Part shown: positions 58,282 to 64,000 of the stretch, piece by piece
How the letters are laid out: every line of letters starts with the position of its first letter
How positions within the stretch are numbered: position 1 is the first letter of the stretch
NCBI GenBank assembly: GCA_033812795.1
Contig: JAPXSY010000008.1
Span: 12,496 to 76,495, forward strand
Direction of reading: 5' to 3'
Source: Kiritimatiellia bacterium
GTDB taxonomy: Bacteria > Verrucomicrobiota > Kiritimatiellia > RFP12 > UBA1067
DNA: 64,000 nt
The notes under the pieces: generated by a model
What the model saw: only the letters and a program-made list of their open reading frames with translations
Told to the model about the DNA's origin: nothing
The model's database searches: none
Made by a program: the position numbers and the translations under genes

Positions 58282-58367
58282 GGTAGGGTACCGAAGTGGC
58301 CAAACGGGGCAGACTGTAAATCTGCTGGCGGACGCCTTCCTTGGTTCGAATCCAAGCCCTACCACCA
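58282..58367 (+). tRNA. tRNA-Tyr (anticodon GTA), long variable arm, encoded CCA
   Basis: The 7-bp acceptor stem GGTAGGG pairs with CCCTACC. The anticodon loop is CTGTAAA. A long variable arm and a T-arm GGTTCGAATCC are present. Discriminator A is followed by CCA. Confidence 0.85.
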
Positions 58368-58373
58368 TTTTGA

Positions 58374-58400
58374 AACCTTGGCGTTTGCCGAGGTTTTTCA
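58374..58400 (+). terminator. Rho-independent terminator after tRNA-Tyr
   Basis: Hairpin CCTTGGC-GTTT-GCCGAGG (7 bp including one G·U pair) followed by TTTTTCATTTTC. Confidence 0.5.
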
Positions 58401-58825
58401 TTTTCTCGGGCTGAACTCCTCCTTTTTGCCGCCCCCATCCCCCCGCTTCCCGTCTCCCGTCCCTTTCTACCCTCTCATTGCGTTCAGCCCAATAAGCATT
58501 GACTTTTGTTGAGAACCCCGCCGCACCTGTTTGGCGCAGGACGCGGCGGTGCGTCCGACGCTCTTTTTGAACTCTTAGTCCCGGCACTTTGTCGGTTGCA
58601 CTTCGTCGCAAGCGCAATCGACTGAGTTTTGGAGACCGGTGCGTATGCGGGACTAAGGCGTCCGCGGACGGTTCGGGGAACCGTCCCTACCAGCGGGCGG
58701 GGACACCCGCTTCTCCCGTCAGACCTTATGTCGCCCCGCGACCCGCGACGAGCGACCTGCGGTGTCGGAAACGCGGGTGTCCCTGTCGATCGTCGCGGGT
58801 CGAATGTCGCGGGTCGCGGGGCGAC

Positions 58826-58870
58826 GATCCCGATCCCGATACCGATACCGATAGCGATCCCGACCCCGAT
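58826..58870. repeat. hexanucleotide microsatellite (CCGATN)x7
   Basis: gatcccgatcccgataccgataccgatagcgatcccgaccccgat. Confidence 0.8.
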
Positions 58871-58876
58871 TTGGAT

Positions 58877-58914
58877 GAAACCCTGAAACCCTGAAACCCT
58901 GAAACCTTGAAACC
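58877..58914. repeat. octanucleotide tandem repeat (GAAACCCT)x3, then GAAACCTT, then GAAACC
   Basis: gaaaccctgaaaccctgaaaccctgaaaccttgaaacc, read directly from the sequence. Confidence 0.8.
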
Positions 58915-58948
58915 AAAGAGAGTTGAAGGTTCAACTGCTCTTTTTAGG
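58908..58948. terminator. probable bidirectional intrinsic terminator between convergent transcription units
   Basis: AAAGAGAGTTGAA-GG-TTCAACTGCTCTTT gives a ~12-bp stem with one bulge, flanked by TTTTTA on plus and a T-rich run on minus. It lies between the tRNA-side transcript and the minus-strand GH16 gene. Confidence 0.4.
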
Positions 58949-59139
58949 TTCAGCCCCCTGATCGCAATAACCCGCCTCCCCCTCTTTCCCTCCCTCCTAA
59001 AACCAACGTGGAGCCTGCAACCCATTTAGAATCACACAAGGACACAAAGGGGTTCCCATGACAATCTATTCCTCTTCGTGTCTTTGCGCGAGAAACAACT
59101 TGTTTTCATCTGCCTCATTTTAGCGCCTCTTCGAGGGAC

Positions 59140-60021
59140 TCATTTGCTGATCGGCACCCATCTGCGAAACCAGTCGACTTTTGCCGTCGCCGGCAATGTC
59201 CTGGCATCAAGTTCAGACACTTTTGCACCCGACCAGTCGTTGACTTCGGTGTCGAGGACGACGTGCAATGGACGCCGAAATCCGCCTTGGGCAAAGCTCC
59301 CCGTGGGCATACGGGCGCTTTCCACATTGTCCACATACCACACAAGTTCGTCTTTCGTCCAAAGGAGCCCGTAAACGTGATAATCGGCACTAGGGCAGAA
59401 CGCCAGCTCGCGCATGACGCCGAGCGGCACGTTCAGGTTATTACAGATGCCCTCATAATACGGCGTCAGATAATGATGAGTGTAATGTGACGTAACATAC
59501 GACTGGTTTTTGTCGCCTGGCTGGTGCTTGCCGAGAATTTCACAGATGTCGATCTCCTCCGACACATCGCCTGGCGAGTACTTTCTGTTCAAATCATCAC
59601 TTAGCGGGTCATAAAGCCAGAATGCATTTCGTATCGCGGCTGGCGTTGCCTTGATGCGCGCTTCAAAATAGCCGTATATCACTTTCTTTCGGCTTTTCAC
59701 AAGTGCGCACGTATACCCCTGCATGCCATCCATCCGGGCTTCATACGGGATCTCTGAATCCGGCACTTTATCGGTCGTCAACAAAAGGCATCCTTCCCGC
59801 TGCGAAACATTCCGAGCCAACGTCCGATAGACACCCGGCCGACCCGGCCAATGGGGCGCATAATCCCACCATTTCGTCTTGTCGAGCGAATCCGCGTCAA
59901 ACTCATCGCTTACGCTTGTATCCAATTCCCATTTCCCGGGCAACGGGCAGCGAAGATCTGCCGCATGAACCCCGGACAACGCGTACCAACCCACCGTTGC
60001 GATCAACATGTATTTCGTCAT
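59140..60021 (-). CDS. GH16 glycoside hydrolase (stand-alone paralog of the N-terminal domain of 39449..41041)
   Basis: 293 aa with signal peptide MTKYMLIATVGWYALSGVHA. 'GDVSEEIDICEILG' is the ExDxxE catalytic motif. Many blocks are identical with 39449..41041 (VKSRKK.IYGYFEARIK, NAFWLYDP, DYHVYGLLWT). AGGAGG RBS. Confidence 0.7.
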   Translation of the reverse strand: MTKYMLIATVGWYALSGVHAADLRCPLPGKWELDTSVSDEFDADSLDKTKWWDYAPHWPGRPGVYRTLARNVSQREGCLLLTTDKVPDSEIPYEARMDGMQGYTCALVKSRKKVIYGYFEARIKATPAAIRNAFWLYDPLSDDLNRKYSPGDVSEEIDICEILGKHQPGDKNQSYVTSHYTHHYLTPYYEGICNNLNVPLGVMRELAFCPSADYHVYGLLWTKDELVWYVDNVESARMPTGSFAQGGFRRPLHVVLDTEVNDWSGAKVSELDARTLPATAKVDWFRRWVPISK

Positions 60022-60326
60022 TTGCCTGTACCTCCTGTTCTCTCACCTTTGCATGCGTAGACACTCCTTCTTGAGAAGAAGTTTCTGAGCCCGCTCGACC
60101 TTGGCGCGGACAATCGGCGTGGGTAAATATGGTATCACAATCTTCAGAAGCAAACAGGATCGATTACGAAACAAATTCAGGAAAAACGAATTTTTTACCA
60201 CATAGAAAAAAGGTTTTCATTTTCTCGACCTCAACGCCTGAATCGCTTTTTCAAATTCCGCCCCACATGTGTAAATTGAAAACACCCGGTTTTACATTCC
60301 GTTACGGCTTTGCTACGCTCCCGGGC

Positions 60327-61787
60327 ATGTGTTCCCGGAGTTTCGTCCTCTTCTGCTTCCTGTTCGGAGGCCCCGTATGCGCGATGTCCGCCACGGAACC
60401 CCCGATCCGCATCGTCTTCCCGGCTGAAGGCGCGCGACTGGCATACACGGACCGCGTGTTTGTGATCGGCGCGGTGCGGCCTGCCGACGTGCCGCTGACG
60501 CTCGATGAACGCCCGATCACACCGCACCGCACCGGCGGATTCCTGCACATGGCTCCGGTCTCCCCCGGCACCAACACCCTGATCTTCAACGCGGGAGGGA
60601 CCGTGATCCGTCACACCTTCCGAATCGATCCGCCGCCCCAGAGTTGGGATGGCTGTTCCCTACGCGCGCAGGCTCCACTCCAACCGCTGGGGCTCTGTAC
60701 CGGCGAAACGGTCCGGCTCGCCTGCCTCGCGCCAGCGGACCGCACGGTCTTCGCCGCGGTGGGCGAACGGACCCTCGCACTCGTACCGCAACCCGGCCAC
60801 GCCACGCTTTACGCGGCCAAGCTCGCGTTTGACGTGCCGGTCGCCGACGTGCCGGTGACCTTTTTCGCCACCGGGTTGTTGGACGCCGCAGCAGCCCCGC
60901 TCACCGCACGCGCCGACTGGCCGGCCCTACGCACAACCGGCCCCCTCTTCGCAATGCGCGCGCGTAGCGAACCGGGCGGCGGCGAGACCGTGGCCTTTTT
61001 GCCTCCTGATCTGACCGTGCGGGGCGCCGGGTTCGTTGGCGCACACACCCGTTTCTGGCTGGCCGGCGAACGCCGGTTCATGGAGTCGCGTCATCTCACT
61101 TCCCTCGCGCCGGAACATCCCCTGCCGCCCTGCGACCTCCCGATTCCCGATCTCACGGCCGGATTCACCTTGAACCCGCCCGTGGGCCGCGCGCCAGACT
61201 CCATTTTGATTGTGCTGGACCCCGGACACGGCGGCGCTTCGACCGGCGCGGTAGGCCCTACCGGGCTGACAGAAAAAGAGGCCAATCTGATTCAGGCGCA
61301 CCGGGTGGCCGCCACGCTCCGCAAGGCCGGATTCCGCGTGTTGCTGACGCGTGAGGATGACAAGGATTTAGACCTGTATGCGCGTGTGCGGCTGGCCTAT
61401 GAGCGAAAGGCTGACGCCTTCATCTCGATCCATTATAACTCCTGCGGACCTGCGGGCAACCCCTCCGAAAGCCGACACATCGCCACCTACGCCTGGAATG
61501 CGATTGGCCTCCGTCTGGCCCGGGCCCTCCACCCGCATCTGGCTGCGGCGTCCCCTGCGGCTGACGGTGGTGTGCGCACCGCCAGCTTCGCGGTTTGCCG
61601 CAATCCCGTCGTCCCCGCCTGCCTGCTGGAACTCGATTTCATCACCTGCCCCCTCGGCGAGGAGTCGCTTCAACAACCCGATCAACGCGAACGCGTGGCC
61701 CACGCGGTTCTGGCCGGTCTGCGCGACTGGCTCACGCCTTCGCCACGTACCGAATCGGCCAATAACGCAACACCAAACAAGGAGTGA
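60327..61787 (+). CDS. N-acetylmuramoyl-L-alanine amidase (Amidase_3/AmiC-like) with N-terminal accessory domains
   Basis: The C-terminal domain has 'LIVLDPGHGG...GLTEKEANL...GFRVLLTREDD...ADAFISIHYNS', matching Amidase_3. The start is uncertain: ATG 60327 (MCSRSFVLFCFLFGGPVCA signal) versus upstream ATGs. Confidence 0.6.
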   Translation: MCSRSFVLFCFLFGGPVCAMSATEPPIRIVFPAEGARLAYTDRVFVIGAVRPADVPLTLDERPITPHRTGGFLHMAPVSPGTNTLIFNAGGTVIRHTFRIDPPPQSWDGCSLRAQAPLQPLGLCTGETVRLACLAPADRTVFAAVGERTLALVPQPGHATLYAAKLAFDVPVADVPVTFFATGLLDAAAAPLTARADWPALRTTGPLFAMRARSEPGGGETVAFLPPDLTVRGAGFVGAHTRFWLAGERRFMESRHLTSLAPEHPLPPCDLPIPDLTAGFTLNPPVGRAPDSILIVLDPGHGGASTGAVGPTGLTEKEANLIQAHRVAATLRKAGFRVLLTREDDKDLDLYARVRLAYERKADAFISIHYNSCGPAGNPSESRHIATYAWNAIGLRLARALHPHLAAASPAADGGVRTASFAVCRNPVVPACLLELDFITCPLGEESLQQPDQRERVAHAVLAGLRDWLTPSPRTESANNATPNKE

Positions 61788-61792
61788 AACCG

Positions 61793-64000
61793 ATGCGCAT
61801 TCCACCCCCCACCCGTCGCCTTTGTCTGGCTTTCGCACTCCTGTCCGCAGGCTCCGTGTTTGCGGCGGACTACGCCTACCAGCCCGCGCCGATCACGCGA
61901 GTGAGGCTGCTGGACGGTTTCTGGCTGTCGCGCGCGGAAACCAACCGGCTGGTTACGGTCTGGGCCAATTTCGGCAAGTGCGAGGAGACCGGACGTATCG
62001 CGAACTTCGCGCGCGCGGGCCAACTCGAGTCCGGTCCCTTTCAAGGCACGGCTTGGAATGATTCTGATGTCTTCAAGGTCATCGAGGGTGCGGCCCATAC
62101 TCTGGCCACACATCCCGACCCGAAGTTGGACGGATATCTCGACCGGCTGATCGTCCGCATCGCAGCCGCGCAGGAGCCCGACGGATATCTCTACACCGCG
62201 CGTACGCTCGGAGCCACAAATGAAATGACAGGTCCCGCGCGCTGGAGTAACGTGCAGTCCAGCCACGAACTCTATAACCTCGGGCACCTCTTCGAAGCCG
62301 CGGTCGCGCATCACGCCGCAACCGGCAAACGGATGTTGCTGGACGTGGCGTGCAAAAGCGCGGATCTCGTCTGCCGGGTGTTCGGTCCAGGACCGGAGCA
62401 ACGCAAAGATGTGCCGGGCCATGAGGAGATCGAGATCGGTCTCTGCAAACTCTATCGCGCCACCGGCGAACGCCGCTATCTCGATCTCGCCACATTTTTC
62501 GTCGCCATGCGCGGCCGCAAGGACTTGCGCGGACGGGTTTTCGGACCGACCTATCAGGACCACCTGCCGGTTCTCGAACAGAGCGAAGCCGTAGGGCACG
62601 CCGTACGGGCCGGTTACCTCTATGCGGGCATTGCCGACGTTGCGGCGTTGACCGGCGACACGGCCTATCTGGCCGCGATCGACCGCCTGTGGGAGAACAC
62701 GGTTTCAAAAAAGCTGCATCTCTCCGGCGGTATCGGTGCGCGCCGCAGTGGCGAGGCGTTCGGTGAGAACTACGAACTGCCGAACGAGACCGCCTATCTG
62801 GAGACCTGCGCCGCTATCGCCAACGCCCTCTGGAACCAGCGCATGTTTCTGCTGCACGGCGACGCCCGATATATCGATGTTCTGGAGCGCGTGATCTACA
62901 ACGGGTTCCTCTCGGGTATCAGCCTTTCCGGCGACACGTTCTTCTATCCCAACCCGCTCGAGAGCCGCGGCGGCTACGCGCGCTCCAAATGGTTCGGCTG
63001 CTCCTGCTGTCCCGTGAATATCGTGCGCTTCATCCCGCAGATCGCCACGTTCGCCTACGCGCAACGCGACGCCACCATCTTCGTGAATCTCTTCCTCGCC
63101 AGCGAGGCCCGGCTGACGACTCCAGCCGGCGACGTGACGCTGACGCAAAAGACCGACTACCCGTGGCGGGGCAAGGTACGGATTGAGGTTGCCCCCTCCC
63201 GTGACGGGCTCGCCTTCCCGCTCCGGATCCGCGTGCCGGGATGGGCCACGGGGCAGCCCGTACCCTCCGATCTCTATACACAGACCCGGCCCGCCACGCC
63301 GGAAGCGGTTTCCCTCTCCCTGAACGAATCGCCCGTGCCGGTGCGGATCGAGAGCGGGTACGTCACCCTCGACCGCGCATGGAAAAAAGGCGATGCCGTG
63401 ACCCTGACGCTCGCCATGCCCGTACGCCGGATCCGGGCTCATGACGCCGTGCGTGACAACCGCGGTCGGCTCGCGGTCGAACGCGGTCCGCTGCTGTACT
63501 GCGCCGAAGGTGTGGATAACAACGGCCGCGCACGATCGCTCACGCTCGCGCCGGAAGCGGTCTTTTCTGAAGCGTCCCTTAGCCTCTCCGAACACACGGT
63601 GACCGCCCTGCAGACCACCGGAAGCCGCGTGACCGCGAACCTGCGGGGTAAACGGACCGTGCAACCCGCAACGATAATCCTGATCCCCTACTATGCCTGG
63701 TGCCACCGTGGCGCGGGCGAGATGCAGACCTGGTTCCCGACCGGTGTGGCCGAGGCGGATCCGATGTCGGACTTCCACATCACCGCCTCGCACTGCTATG
63801 TGAAGGATTCGCCTGAAGCGGCCATAGACGGGGTGCTGCCCAAACATTCCCATGACAACACGATCAACCGCATGACCTGGTGGCCGCGTAAAGGAAGCGA
63901 AGAGTGGCTGCAGGTCGATTTTCCTGAGGAGGAGTCCGTCTGCGGAAGTCAGGTCTACTGGTTTGACGATACCGGCAAAGGCGCATGCCGCCTGCCCGTC
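61793..64000 (+). CDS. GH127 (DUF1680) beta-L-arabinofuranosidase-type glycoside hydrolase; the 3' end runs past the window
   Basis: Absent from the ORF table because no stop is reached. AAGGAG RBS 9 nt upstream, and a signal peptide is present. 'NETAYLETCAAIA' then 'WFGCSCCPVNIVRF' reproduce the GH127 Glu-x-Cys and Cys-Cys Zn/nucleophile motifs. Confidence 0.65.
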   Translation, partial: MRIPPPTRRLCLAFALLSAGSVFAADYAYQPAPITRVRLLDGFWLSRAETNRLVTVWANFGKCEETGRIANFARAGQLESGPFQGTAWNDSDVFKVIEGAAHTLATHPDPKLDGYLDRLIVRIAAAQEPDGYLYTARTLGATNEMTGPARWSNVQSSHELYNLGHLFEAAVAHHAATGKRMLLDVACKSADLVCRVFGPGPEQRKDVPGHEEIEIGLCKLYRATGERRYLDLATFFVAMRGRKDLRGRVFGPTYQDHLPVLEQSEAVGHAVRAGYLYAGIADVAALTGDTAYLAAIDRLWENTVSKKLHLSGGIGARRSGEAFGENYELPNETAYLETCAAIANALWNQRMFLLHGDARYIDVLERVIYNGFLSGISLSGDTFFYPNPLESRGGYARSKWFGCSCCPVNIVRFIPQIATFAYAQRDATIFVNLFLASEARLTTPAGDVTLTQKTDYPWRGKVRIEVAPSRDGLAFPLRIRVPGWATGQPVPSDLYTQTRPATPEAVSLSLNESPVPVRIESGYVTLDRAWKKGDAVTLTLAMPVRRIRAHDAVRDNRGRLAVERGPLLYCAEGVDNNGRARSLTLAPEAVFSEASLSLSEHTVTALQTTGSRVTANLRGKRTVQPATIILIPYYAWCHRGAGEMQTWFPTGVAEADPMSDFHITASHCYVKDSPEAAIDGVLPKHSHDNTINRMTWWPRKGSEEWLQVDFPEEESVCGSQVYWFDDTGKGACRLPV

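Noticed and set aside
58589-58894. 101-codon ORF encoding DPDPDTDTDSDPDPD
   Set aside because: It is produced solely by translating the (CCGATN)n microsatellite and GC-rich inverted repeats. No start context is present. Treated as non-coding.
58877-58914. Possible CRISPR array (short direct repeats)
   Set aside because: The units are 8 nt and contiguous with no spacers. This is a microsatellite, not a CRISPR repeat-spacer array. No cas genes were seen.
61682-63853. Minus ORFs 61682..62599, 62079..62708 and 62705..63853
   Set aside because: They overlap the plus-strand GH127 gene (61793..>64000), which has diagnostic ETC/CC motifs and an RBS. They are Arg-rich antisense artefacts.

Overview
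High-GC (roughly 60-65% by eye) bacterial chromosomal segment. Almost all of it is a secreted carbohydrate-active-enzyme cluster; the exception is a short housekeeping island (mnmA, nth, rpsU, tRNA-Tyr). There are two co-directional gene arrays. The minus-strand array runs from ~12.8 kb down to bp 1. The plus-strand array runs from ~20.6 to 51.8 kb and holds 19 genes with mostly very short spacers, several with RBS or ATGA/GTGA overlaps. Recognisable enzymes are two GH78 alpha-L-rhamnosidases, three GH127-like (DUF1680, Cys/Zn) enzymes, two GH16 enzymes (one fused to an SGNH esterase), a GH28-like beta-helix protein, four SASA/'GQSNM' sialate-O-acetylesterase-like esterases (one with the catalytic motif destroyed), an AXE1/CE7-like esterase (GDSQGG), and several beta-propeller or (alpha/alpha)6 glycosidase-like proteins. 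Unusual content: (i) five paralogous giant (1170-1340 aa) secreted proteins with a GH42-like 'TIM barrel + trimerisation/GATase1-like' architecture, one of them carrying an N-terminal LamG domain and four arranged next to Pmp-repeat (GGG[LV]/FxxN) parallel beta-helix proteins that share a C-terminal 'PDIG(C/A)FE' tail; (ii) a 1353-aa internally duplicated protein in which each half holds an M23-metallopeptidase-like motif set (HxxxD ... HxHFEFRV) plus a PKD domain; (iii) a near-identical 28-nt element placed at the translation start of two non-homologous genes; (iv) a densely structured, microsatellite-bearing non-coding region downstream of tRNA-Tyr. No mobile elements, CRISPR arrays or defence genes were recognised. 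The long plus-strand ORFs antisense to the real genes are GC artefacts. Likely source is a PVC-type (Lentisphaerota/Verrucomicrobiota/Kiritimatiellota-like) polysaccharide degrader; this is an inference with low confidence.
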